A stretch of DNA of 64,000 nt from a virus: positions 5,194 to 69,193 of IMG/VR virus record IMGVR_UViG_3300045119_000457. One strand, given 5' to 3'. Within the stretch, counting starts at the first letter, position 1, and each line of letters opens with the position of its first letter. The position numbers were made by a program, and so were the translations under genes. Below the pieces are notes generated by a model that made no database searches, was not told where the DNA came from, and saw only the letters and a list, made by a program, of their open reading frames with translations. Below, piece after piece: positions 54,287 to 62,918 of the stretch.

Positions 54287-55483
54287 TCACTTAACCGGCG
54301 TCAAATTGACGGTGCCGGTGAAGGTGCCGTTCAGCGTGCCGCTGACCGTGCCGGTGTAGTTGGGCGGCGGTGTCGGGGTTCCGCCACCGCCGCCCCCGCC
54401 GCCACCGCCGCCCGGATCGGGCGGCGTCGTGCCGCCGCTCGACATCGCGCCGAACTGCGCCACCGTGGCAGCCGTCGGCTTGCAGTTGCCGACGACGTAG
54501 CAGACGCCGAAGAAGCGCTCGACGCCCGCCATATCGGGTTGATCCAACATTTCATATACAACCACCTCGGCAAAGACGTCGCTGTACTTGTTGACGACCT
54601 CGTTGAGGGCCTGGGTCAGCGCCGTGACGCAGGTCCCACCGCCATCGGTATTGCCATCATAAATTTCACCGCAATTGGTTTCGTTAAAAAATACCGGCAC
54701 GCCGAATTTCTTCGACGCGGCCTTGGCTTGGCCGAGGTACTTGTCCATCCAGTAGCCGGTGTCGTGGACTCGGGGATAATAGTGGAAGCTCACGTAGTTG
54801 AAATTCCAGCCCGACGCCTTGGCCATGTCGAGGAACCAGCCGTCGCCCGAGGGGTCGCCGGCACACTGAGACTCGGCGGCGTCATTGTTGCAACTCATGA
54901 TGTTGATGGTGGTTTTTAAGCCCGCGTGCAACTCGGCCTCGGCCTGCTCGACGCCACGCACGCTCGGCAGCATGGCGTTGATGCGATCCTGCGCGCCTTG
55001 CTTGGGCGCATCTTGTTCATTGCCAATTTCCCAAATCTTGATGTCGTTGGCGTAGCGTTTGGCGATCGTGTAGGTCTGGGCTTGCGAGGCGGGATAGAGC
55101 ATCGGCCGCACCGTGATGCCGTATTTTTTCGCCAATGGCACAACCTTATCCAAGATGTCGAAGCTCGTTGCGCCGACATCGGTGCGCCACAGCGTGAGAT
55201 GGTTTTGCTGCATCCACTGCATGCGCTGCTCGACCTCGGCCAGCGGATAGTAGGCGCGGCCATCATGACCGTTCAAACCGAATGTAATGGCCGTCGTCCC
55301 GGCCGCGGCCTGCGGCCGCACGATGCCGGTATGGCCGGCGATGCGCGGTATGCGCACCTCGGAAGGCGCTGACTTGGCGGGTTCGGGCGCGGCAGGCTTG
55401 GGCTGCGCCAGGACAGGATTGGGGCTGGCGAGAAGCAACGGCAGAACGGCGGCGAACTTCAACATGTTGAGAATTTTGGCCAT
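54287..55483 (-). CDS. secreted clan GH-A glycoside hydrolase
   Basis: Signal peptide, WEIGNEQD acid/base, SFHYYP, FNETN nucleophile, YEMLD. Confidence 0.8.
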   Translation of the reverse strand: MAKILNMLKFAAVLPLLLASPNPVLAQPKPAAPEPAKSAPSEVRIPRIAGHTGIVRPQAAAGTTAITFGLNGHDGRAYYPLAEVEQRMQWMQQNHLTLWRTDVGATSFDILDKVVPLAKKYGITVRPMLYPASQAQTYTIAKRYANDIKIWEIGNEQDAPKQGAQDRINAMLPSVRGVEQAEAELHAGLKTTINIMSCNNDAAESQCAGDPSGDGWFLDMAKASGWNFNYVSFHYYPRVHDTGYWMDKYLGQAKAASKKFGVPVFFNETNCGEIYDGNTDGGGTCVTALTQALNEVVNKYSDVFAEVVVYEMLDQPDMAGVERFFGVCYVVGNCKPTAATVAQFGAMSSGGTTPPDPGGGGGGGGGGGTPTPPPNYTGTVSGTLNGTFTGTVNLTPVK

Positions 55484-55549
55484 GCCTGCACTCCGGGTTG
55501 GGGCCCCTATAGCCCAGGGTCGACTGGGATGGCAAATTGGGGCCTGAAC

Positions 55550-55670
55550 GGGTCCCCTATTTTTTCCGCGATTTTTTGGGTCCCCTAGGGTCCCCTTTTT
55601 CAATTTTCAATTTTCCCGTAGCCCTCCGCCTAGGGTCCCCTTTTTCAATTTTCAATTTTCCCGAAGCCCT
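55550..55670. repeat. tandem ~42-bp direct repeats and GGGTCCCCT iterations
   Basis: CCTAGGGTCCCCTTTTTCAATTTTCAATTTTCCCG(T/A)AGCCCT twice; GGGTCCCCT four times. Confidence 0.9.
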
Positions 55671-55753
55671 GTGTAGGCGCTCCGTAGGCGGCCACGGCGG
55701 GGCGCCGCGGCCCGGCTTTCGGTCGCTTCGACGACCACCATCTGGCCTGGCCC

Positions 55754-55946
55754 TGAGTGAGCGCTCACTAGGTAGTGAGGCCTCACTCATCTTCAACCGA
55801 TGCCGATCGTCGTCGGTCGCCACCAGGCCGCGCGCCATCTCGAGCTTCTCGGCGCATGAGCTGCACCAGGTCCAACCATCGAGGCGCTCGACGATCAGGC
55901 GTCGCCGGCCGCAGCAGCTGCAACGATCAAGTGAGTGAGGCCTCAC
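55754..55946. repeat. GTGAGnnCTCAC palindromes
   Basis: Two adjacent copies at 55754-55789 and a third at 55932-55946. Confidence 0.85.
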
Positions 55947-56136
55947 ACCCATGATAAGCCTAGCTCCTTAACAAGTTAAGTCTTAAGTATCGTATAATGG
56001 CTATTATGGAAAATGAGCCATTATCGCCCCGTAATGGAGCGCGGCTACTAACGTCCGCTCATGAGACGATAGAGCACGCTGCCGAGCAGCAGGCCGCCGA
56101 TGAACCACAGCACCAGCTCGAAGGCGAACGCCGCGC

Positions 56137-56403
56137 TCACAAGGCGCCGCCGCTGCGCCAGCGCTCGAGGCTGCGGTGCAGCTCAGTCATCGCCTGGCGC
56201 GCGTCGCGCCTCAAGGGGTCATAGCGGGCCGCGTCGAAGCCGAGCACAGGCTGCGTGAAATCGGTCGCGGCGAAATCGGCGAGCTCGCTCACCACCGCGG
56301 CGAAGCGCGCGGCGACCGCGCTATCACTGCGCGCGTACGCGTCCGCGAGCACACTATCGGGCTGTTGGTTGAGCGGCTCACCGGGCCGGGAGATCACTGG
56401 CAT
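56137..56403 (-). CDS. hypothetical protein
   Basis: ORF overlapping the end of terS. Confidence 0.5.
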   Translation of the reverse strand: MPVISRPGEPLNQQPDSVLADAYARSDSAVAARFAAVVSELADFAATDFTQPVLGFDAARYDPLRRDARQAMTELHRSLERWRSGGAL

Positions 56404-57043
56404 CGCTGTCCTCTGCATCGAGCTCTTGCTTGGCATCATCCTCCGGCCCGCGCTCGATCGATGTCAAGACGCGCCTGAGCTCGAGGCGCTGACGCGGTGA
56501 AAGATCCCGCGGATTCAAAACAACATGAGCGTGCTTGTGCTCGTGCGCGATCGTTCCCGTGTGCTCGACCTTGTCGGGCTGCAGCATGTTGATCAGCTTG
56601 GCCAGGTTCATCAAAGCGCTTTGTTTATCGGCCATTTTGATCTTAGTGCGCACGCCGGCAACGCTGCCGTCCTTGGCCCTGAACTCATCGGTCACGATCT
56701 CTGTCAAGCTCGCCATCTGATCACGCGTTACATTTTCGAAGCCGACCATCGCCTGGTTGTCCTGGCTGAACTTGACGAAGTCCTCGAGGTTACTGAACGC
56801 CATCAGCGCCATCTCCCGGATGATGCGTTCTGGCGCCACATAGTAGCGCTCGGTCTTGAGCGCGATACGCTTGTCGATCTCCTGTCTGATCTTGGGATTA
56901 GCGAACCATTTAGATCCTTGAGCGCTGGCATTGGACGGTTTAACGCCTGCCTCGATGGCAGCATTGGTGATGTGTTGCGATCTGACATAATGAAGAATGA
57001 ACAACTGCTGTTTTGCAGTGAATTGCTCGATCGGGAATTGCAT
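56378..57043 (-). CDS. terS: terminase small subunit
   Basis: KQQLFILHY..TNAAIEAG HTH, MALMAFSN, KIKMADKQSAL, KVEHTG. Confidence 0.9.
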   Translation of the reverse strand: MQFPIEQFTAKQQLFILHYVRSQHITNAAIEAGVKPSNASAQGSKWFANPKIRQEIDKRIALKTERYYVAPERIIREMALMAFSNLEDFVKFSQDNQAMVGFENVTRDQMASLTEIVTDEFRAKDGSVAGVRTKIKMADKQSALMNLAKLINMLQPDKVEHTGTIAHEHKHAHVVLNPRDLSPRQRLELRRVLTSIERGPEDDAKQELDAEDSDASDLPAR

Positions 57044-57049
57044 ATCGTC

Positions 57050-57394
57050 TCACACCCTGTGCTCATGCACCTGTTCAGGCGCTGGGATCTCCATCCAATG
57101 GCAGCCGGCCACGATATTCTGCCCCGCGTACTTCTCCTGCTCACTCTTGGCCCGGCCATAACACTGCTCGATGAATTCGAAAGGTGTTCCAGTCAGAATA
57201 CCCCCGACAATCACGCGCCAGCCCCATTGCGGCCAATCGCCTTGCACCTCGGGCTCGTCATGCCAACTCGTCTTGACCGGCTCAGGCTTCACTGGCGCTT
57301 GAGCTGGCGGCATCACCACCGTGATGTTGATCACAGGAGGCGGGGCTGAGCAACCCATCAGCAGCGCTGCCAGGCCGAAAGCCAGGCGCCTCAT
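57050..57394 (-). CDS. putative lipoprotein
   Basis: MRRLAFGLAALLMGC lipobox. Confidence 0.6.
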   Translation of the reverse strand: MRRLAFGLAALLMGCSAPPPVINITVVMPPAQAPVKPEPVKTSWHDEPEVQGDWPQWGWRVIVGGILTGTPFEFIEQCYGRAKSEQEKYAGQNIVAGCHWMEIPAPEQVHEHRV

Positions 57395-57627
57395 GACGGC
57401 TCCTCCAGACCGGGCTGGTAGCGCACGCCTGTGCTGGTCGTGAGGTCCTGCAGGTCACGCACCAGCTCGAGCAGCCGGATCACCGCGACCGGCACGGCGA
57501 CCGTGCCGTGGACCCAGCGCGTGATGGTGCTGCGATCGACGCCGGCGAACCGGGCGATGTCGCCATTGGTCATGTCGAGGCGCTCAAGCAGCGCCACGAA
57601 ATGCGTGTGCGAGATATCAACGCTCAT
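57391..57627 (-). CDS. Xre/Cro-like HTH protein
   Basis: TNGDIARFAGVDRSTITRWVHG. Confidence 0.8.
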   Translation of the reverse strand: MSVDISHTHFVALLERLDMTNGDIARFAGVDRSTITRWVHGTVAVPVAVIRLLELVRDLQDLTTSTGVRYQPGLEEPS

Positions 57628-57802
57628 GACGTTCCGGCATCTTCGCGTAGATATCCTGCAGGAGCGCCTCGATCCCTTCGAGCGCATCAGCCATCCGCTT
57701 GGCACTGATTGCCAGCGAGAGCTGCACGCCCGAATCGCTGGGGAACTCACCCGCCCTCACTTCAAGCGACAGAGCTCTCGTCTCATCCTTTGACAATGCC
57801 AT
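57617..57802 (-). CDS. hypothetical protein
   Basis: SLAISAKRMADALE motif; GGAGGG RBS. Confidence 0.65.
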   Translation of the reverse strand: MALSKDETRALSLEVRAGEFPSDSGVQLSLAISAKRMADALEGIEALLQDIYAKMPERHER

Positions 57803-57877
57803 TGATCCCTCCTGTGGCAGAGCGCGAAGCCTAGACGAGCCGTGTGCATAACACAACACTACGCCCTCATAGACGCG

Positions 57878-58087
57878 CCCCCCGCTTAGGGGGGAAAGGG
57901 GGGAAGGGGGGGAGCATTTCCTATTGTTTGTTTTAAAATAGATTAGATAAATTCTAATCTAACTCCCATACGTGAGAGCTATATTTAATCCCCCCTTTCC
58001 CCCTAAAAAAATAAGTATTTGATATATATAGATTTTATTGAATTTTTGAGGGGGGATTACAGGGGGGGAAAGGGGGGAAAGGGGGGA
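57878..58087. other. putative replication origin: G-tract iterons around an AT-rich core
   Basis: GGGGGGAAAGGGGGGA repeats in both orientations flanking the most AT-rich stretch, directly after the primase/helicase genes. Confidence 0.65.
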
Positions 58088-58096
58088 TCGCTGAGC

Positions 58097-59959
58097 TCAG
58101 TCGCCGTCTTTCTTGGACGTTCCCGGCTTAACTAGTTGCAGATTGTGGCTCTTCATAGTTGACGGCAGCGTCATCTTCTTCGCTGGCACCCACCAGCCAT
58201 CCTTGCCTCTGATTTTTGCTTTTTGTGCCCAGCCGCTCCGCGCCAGGCGCGCATTGAGGTCGCGCCGGCTCGAACCGATACGGCTCGGCGTTGTACGATT
58301 GTCCAAGAGCTCCTTGGCTGACTTATGCACCCAGCTATCGTCACGTTCGCCACCCTCGCGGTAGAATTCGAGCTCGACCATCACGTCATTGACGTCGCTG
58401 TCGGCCTGGTGATCACGCGATATTTTGGCGTGCAGTTTCTCCTCGTCCTTGGTCAGCCAGTACTGCTCACCCTGCTCCATCAGGGCCATGGCCTGGGCCA
58501 TGAGCTGCTGCTTGTCGATGTCGTGCTGCCAATGGCAGCGCTCCACCGCCAGCGTCCAGAAGCGACGCTCGCCGCTCGAATCGACCAGGTAGTCGTCGGG
58601 ATTGATCGTCGGCAGAAAGACCGTGCAGCGCGCCCGCGGCTCGGGCACGCGGCCCCACATCGGCCGATAGAGGTCGACCGTCGTCGTCAGCACGTTCTTG
58701 AGCGCCGAGATGTCCGACTTCCTGAAGGTCGCTTCGAGCTCGGCCAGCTCGGTGATCGCCGTCATCGTTGCCCGCTGGATGGTGTCGCGCTCGTTGCCAC
58801 TGTCGAGCTTGAGCGACATGTCGCCCTTCACCCACTGCGCCGGCAGCACGCCGTACTTGGCCCACTTCGACTTGTTAATGCCCTGCGCGCCCTGCAGCAC
58901 CAGGCAGTAGCCGACGTCGACCGGGATCTCGCGCTGCCAGTTGGTCAGGGCTGTAGCCAACTGGATCAGATAGCGCCGCACCACGACATTGCGCCACGGA
59001 TTGAGCTTGGGGTCGCGCATCACCAGCGTGTCGGCCAGGTCTTTTATACGATCGACACCGTCCCAGGGCTTGCTGTCGATCCAGTCGAGCACCGGGTGGT
59101 AGCACCGGGCAGCGGCGTAATTCTGGAAGGCGTTCCAGATCTGGTTGTCGCGCGCCGCCATGCAGCAGCGCGTGCAGGCATGGACCAGCAGGTCGACCAG
59201 GAGCTTCACCTCCACCTTGTCCGGCCAGCCGGCCAGGGTCGCCTCGGCCGCCCAGGTCATCGTGTTGAGCCGCGCATCGAGCCCGATCGCCTCCATGACC
59301 ACGGCGACGTTGAGCGCCGTCACCGGCTGCGCCCGTGCGATATTACCGACCGCTGTCAGGCTGGGGTTGGGCAGCAGTCCCGGCCCCAGCGGTACCGCAT
59401 TGATGTGCTCACCCAGGCGGATGGCGATCGACGAGCCCTCGTAGGCATCGCTGCCTGGCGGCCGGCGGAAGCGCACGCTCTCTTCGGAATCGGAACGCTG
59501 CTCGGGATTTTCGCGCGACCTCCGTTCCGCTTCGGCCAGCGCCGCGGCGATGCTGGCCCCGATGCCCTGGAGGTCGACGCCGGCCAGCACCTCGAGCTCG
59601 GCCAGGCTGGCGTCCGGATCCTGCTCGACGATCCACGCCTTGAGATCGCGCGTCGTGCGGCCCTCGCAGTGGCCATGCAGGCACTTGAAGCCACCCGGCG
59701 CGCCAGGGTGATAGTCAGTGCCCTTGGCCGCGCCCGGCCCTGGCGTGTGCTGATCCTCCCACGGGCAGGCGATCGGCACCCAGCCCCTGGAGGCGCTGCC
59801 CAGCACCCTGTCGTGGTCCTGGAGCCATTCGAAGACCGGGTCGACCTGACCGTCGCCCAACCCTGGGGGTGCCTCTGGCAGGGCTGCCAGGCCCTCTGGC
59901 AGCACATTGAAAGCCACTGTCAGCCTGGCCAGACTGTAGATCGGACCGTGCTCAGCCAT
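58097..59959 (-). CDS. VapE-family P-loop helicase with N-terminal zinc finger
   Basis: CPWEDQH..FKCLHGHC; YHPVLDW..WDGVDR; LQGAQGINKS; ELAEL; YRPMWGR; DSSGERRFW. Confidence 0.9.
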   Translation of the reverse strand: MAEHGPIYSLARLTVAFNVLPEGLAALPEAPPGLGDGQVDPVFEWLQDHDRVLGSASRGWVPIACPWEDQHTPGPGAAKGTDYHPGAPGGFKCLHGHCEGRTTRDLKAWIVEQDPDASLAELEVLAGVDLQGIGASIAAALAEAERRSRENPEQRSDSEESVRFRRPPGSDAYEGSSIAIRLGEHINAVPLGPGLLPNPSLTAVGNIARAQPVTALNVAVVMEAIGLDARLNTMTWAAEATLAGWPDKVEVKLLVDLLVHACTRCCMAARDNQIWNAFQNYAAARCYHPVLDWIDSKPWDGVDRIKDLADTLVMRDPKLNPWRNVVVRRYLIQLATALTNWQREIPVDVGYCLVLQGAQGINKSKWAKYGVLPAQWVKGDMSLKLDSGNERDTIQRATMTAITELAELEATFRKSDISALKNVLTTTVDLYRPMWGRVPEPRARCTVFLPTINPDDYLVDSSGERRFWTLAVERCHWQHDIDKQQLMAQAMALMEQGEQYWLTKDEEKLHAKISRDHQADSDVNDVMVELEFYREGGERDDSWVHKSAKELLDNRTTPSRIGSSRRDLNARLARSGWAQKAKIRGKDGWWVPAKKMTLPSTMKSHNLQLVKPGTSKKDGD

Positions 59960-60482
59960 GGATCACCCGTGCGCGGAAGGGCTGGTCATATTTGTCGTTG
60001 AGGCTGCCCGGCAGGCGCAGCACGCGATTAGTGCCCTGCGAGCCCTTGTCGGTGTAGCCGGCCCTGGCGAGGGCAGCGATCAGCGCTGCGGCGTCGGCCG
60101 GCAGGGCTGGTCGATCGAGCTTGTAGAGCCACTGCTCATTGCCCGGTGAGCTTTCGACACGCAGCGTTGGCGTGGGCAGCTTGGCCGGGTCGACCTTGCT
60201 GTTGGCCGCCCGGCCAACATCGTCGAGGCCGATCACGAAGGTCCGCTTGAGGTCCGTGAGGCGCCGCCGCAGCTTGCGGTCGCGCGGCGGCGCGCTGACC
60301 GTCGAGATGCAGAAATAATGGCGCCCCAGGGGGCTGGGCAGCGTGCCGGGCCGCCACCGCGTGTGCTCCCAATAGGGCTGCTTGCCGGGCTCCTGCTTGT
60401 GCTCGGCGACCACCACCGCCTCGGTCGGGTCGTCTTTGTTGACATTGGGAAAGAGAAACTCCAAGAACTCATCTACATCCAT
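59952..60482 (-). CDS. RepB-like DNA primase domain
   Basis: GLDDVG, ESSPGNEQW, TDKG, RLPGSLN motifs. Confidence 0.88.
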   Translation of the reverse strand: MDVDEFLEFLFPNVNKDDPTEAVVVAEHKQEPGKQPYWEHTRWRPGTLPSPLGRHYFCISTVSAPPRDRKLRRRLTDLKRTFVIGLDDVGRAANSKVDPAKLPTPTLRVESSPGNEQWLYKLDRPALPADAAALIAALARAGYTDKGSQGTNRVLRLPGSLNDKYDQPFRARVIHG

Positions 60483-60639
60483 GGTGGCTCACCCCTTCTT
60501 GCTACTATGGGTAGGTCCGCCGTTCCGTCACGCCCTCCCCGGCTGCCCGGTACTACGCGACCTTTCTAGGCGCCTGTGGCAGGGCGCGCACGCTACAGGG
60601 CCGCGGGTCAGTAATGGCCGGCGGCCTTGTCGTTTCGTT

Positions 60640-60894
60640 TCACAGCAGGTTCATCTGGTTGTCCGGATCGCCCAGGGTCGTGTCGCCGGGCGCTTTGTCA
60701 GGCAGCCAGGGCGCCAGCTCCTGGCAGGTCATCTCGACCACCTTGTGCCGGCCGTCGCGCCACACCGCGGCCTTGGCCGGATCGAGGGTCACTTCCATCA
60801 TGATGTTGTCGATCGTGCAGATCCCCCAGGCGCGCCATAAGACAATCGCGCGGCCCGTGTCGGTGTAGGCGATCAAAGGTGACTGTGTCGTCAT
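60640..60894 (-). CDS. hypothetical protein
   Basis: 84-aa ORF with GGAGGG RBS. Confidence 0.65.
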   Translation of the reverse strand: MTTQSPLIAYTDTGRAIVLWRAWGICTIDNIMMEVTLDPAKAAVWRDGRHKVVEMTCQELAPWLPDKAPGDTTLGDPDNQMNLL

Positions 60895-61017
60895 TGTTTG
60901 CCCTCCAGGTCGCCTGCGCAGTCGACGGAGAGAAGGTGCGGCGACGCCCCGCCGTGAGGCAGTTGCGGGGCGCCGCCGCGGCCCGGTCAGATCACACTGA
61001 GGTGTATCTGTGCTCTT

Positions 61018-61839
61018 TCAACCAACCACGGAAGAGGGAGCAGACCGGGCGAGTTCCGCAAACTGTGAGGCGACATGCCATAGCTTGTGGTTGAAGTCGG
61101 CGTCGATCGCAAGCGAGCGGATCGGCGGCAGTTGGCGATAGCCGCCCGCCTTGCTGCGACCGTGCAGGCCGCCCAGGCTGAGGTTCTCCTGGGCCCGATT
61201 GAAGATCGACCACAGGCTGGTGTTCTCGTCGAGCGGGCGCTTGGGCCACAGGATCAGGGCCTGCTCAACCTCGAGCGTCGAGCCCCGCGCCTCGAGCGCT
61301 GCTTTGGCGAACTGACGCTGCTGCTCGCCATCGAGGTCGATCTCGCTCCACTCCTGGGCGACCTCGACGATGCGACCGAACTGGCTGGTGATCGCCTGCA
61401 CCGCCGTATGAAAGGAATCCTGCACGTTCTTGCCGACATGGCGCACGGAAAAGCGCATGTCGGCCTCGCTGATCGTCATGCCATTGAGGCACACCAGGCG
61501 GGTCATGCCGGCCCGCATGTCGGCGCCGCTCGTGCGGTCGTGGCTGTTACGGAACACCGCCTCGGGCACCAGGCTGCCGAGCTCTTTGGTTTGGCTTGCC
61601 CAGTCGGTGCCGGCCTTGCGGAAGCGGATCTCGTGCAGGGCGTACTGGCGGCCGTCGGGCGCTTTCTTGGTGCCCTCGCGCACCTTGACCGCCTCGAAGC
61701 CGAGCGCGCGCATGTTGCGCACGACATGGTAGGACGGCAGGTAGGCGTACTTGTCGGAGACTTTGGCGCTCGGGTGCGTCGCGAACACGCTGGGCGCGGC
61801 GGCGCGGATCTGATCGTCGTTCATTCCATCGAAAGGCAT
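61018..61839 (-). CDS. DUF932/DUF945 family protein
   Basis: APSVFA..SDKY, NSHDRTS, RLVCLNG, LWSIFNRAQENL, NHKLW. Confidence 0.9.
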   Translation of the reverse strand: MPFDGMNDDQIRAAAPSVFATHPSAKVSDKYAYLPSYHVVRNMRALGFEAVKVREGTKKAPDGRQYALHEIRFRKAGTDWASQTKELGSLVPEAVFRNSHDRTSGADMRAGMTRLVCLNGMTISEADMRFSVRHVGKNVQDSFHTAVQAITSQFGRIVEVAQEWSEIDLDGEQQRQFAKAALEARGSTLEVEQALILWPKRPLDENTSLWSIFNRAQENLSLGGLHGRSKAGGYRQLPPIRSLAIDADFNHKLWHVASQFAELARSAPSSVVG

Positions 61840-61859
61840 TTTGAGCTCCGTGGTTGAGG

Positions 61860-62087
61860 TTACTTGATCGTGTCGATGAGGCGCGATGACGGCAGGCGCT
61901 GAGCTGCTTGTTCTTTCTCGTCGAGGTCGCCGAAGGCAGTCTGCCAGACCTCGCGCATACGCTCACCGAGCTCCTGGTCGGTGTAGGCACCGCTGCGCTT
62001 CATCTCGCCGATCGCGTACATCTGCACCTGGTAGAAGCGCTTGCGCGCCGCCAGGCTCTCGTCCTTGGGCTTGCCTTGGGGCATCAC
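61860..62087 (-). CDS. hypothetical protein
   Basis: Coupled early-gene ORF. Confidence 0.6.
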   Translation of the reverse strand: MMPQGKPKDESLAARKRFYQVQMYAIGEMKRSGAYTDQELGERMREVWQTAFGDLDEKEQAAQRLPSSRLIDTIK

Positions 62088-62275
62088 TCACCCGCCTTGG
62101 TCGCGGTGTCGACCGCGACGATGCGGGTCTCGATGATGCGCCAGCGGCCCTTGATCTTGCGAGCCTCGCGCATCGCCTCGGCACGCGTCTCGTAGCTTGA
62201 GTGGCTCGTGAAGATGTCCCAGGCCCCCTTGCGGGGGTCTTCGAACACCTGCTGCAGTTCGAACACGCTAGACAT
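62084..62275 (-). CDS. hypothetical protein
   Basis: MSSVFELQQ... coupled ORF. Confidence 0.6.
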   Translation of the reverse strand: MSSVFELQQVFEDPRKGAWDIFTSHSSYETRAEAMREARKIKGRWRIIETRIVAVDTATKAGE

Positions 62276-62549
62276 CGGAGAAGCTCCATCGATTGTCGGT
62301 GCCGCCTTTGGACGGCGTGATCTCGATCGTGTCGACGTAGCGCCGCGCCGCGGCCGACGAGCTGAACGAGCGGTTGCCGGTGAACGTGCCGCCCACCGTG
62401 TAGGTCGACAGGCGGGCGCGCTTGCGGCCGGCATGGGTCAGGAACGTCGCGATGAGGTAGAGGCCGTAGCGGCCGTTGGCGCGGATGAGACGCTCCAGGC
62501 TGGGCAGGGCCGGTGAGTTGTTGAAAGCGGTAGCGGGGCGCCAATTCAT
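62268..62549 (-). CDS. hypothetical protein
   Basis: 93-aa ORF in the early cluster. Confidence 0.55.
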   Translation of the reverse strand: MNWRPATAFNNSPALPSLERLIRANGRYGLYLIATFLTHAGRKRARLSTYTVGGTFTGNRSFSSSAAARRYVDTIEITPSKGGTDNRWSFSDV

Positions 62550-62560
62550 GATTGCACCGA

Positions 62561-62812
62561 TTAAAAACGGAAGCCGAACTTGGCCAGGATCTTCGCGACA
62601 ATCAGGTTGTCGGTGTAGAGCGAAGCAACGAAGGCCTCGTCCATCAGGCGCTGGCGCTCTTCCAGGTCGACCACCTTGTTCCAGCCCTGGTCGATGAAGG
62701 TCTGGCTGGCGTTGTCCTCGGCGTTGCCGATCGTGTGGAACAGCTCGACCATGGTCACGCGCTCCGGCCGGCTGGCGGCCGTGCCGTAGCGCTTCTCCCA
62801 GGCCCGGCTCAT
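62561..62812 (-). CDS. hypothetical protein (possibly frameshifted at its N-terminus)
   Basis: MSRAWEKRYG...; preceded by an 18-codon ORF with a GGAG RBS. Confidence 0.6.
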   Translation of the reverse strand: MSRAWEKRYGTAASRPERVTMVELFHTIGNAEDNASQTFIDQGWNKVVDLEERQRLMDEAFVASLYTDNLIVAKILAKFGFRF

Positions 62813-62918
62813 CAGAAGAGAGAGAGGGCGGCGGCTTCCTTGGCGACGTTGCGAGGCTGGCGGGTCATTTCGGTCTCCGTGGTTGGAAGCAGGATACTGG
62901 GCCCGTAGACGCACCACG

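Noticed and set aside
55550-55670. Possible CRISPR mini-array
   Set aside because: Only two near-adjacent repeats with no spacer-length unique sequence, and no cas operon
55557-55952. 131-aa ORF over the repeat region
   Set aside because: Translation mirrors the DNA repeats; only the N-terminal CxxC part might be real, so it was not called
298-60001. Many long antisense ORFs (e.g. 298..1770, 7679..9901, 16846..19119, 58325..60001)
   Set aside because: Shadow frames of real genes in high-GC DNA; no motifs or RBS
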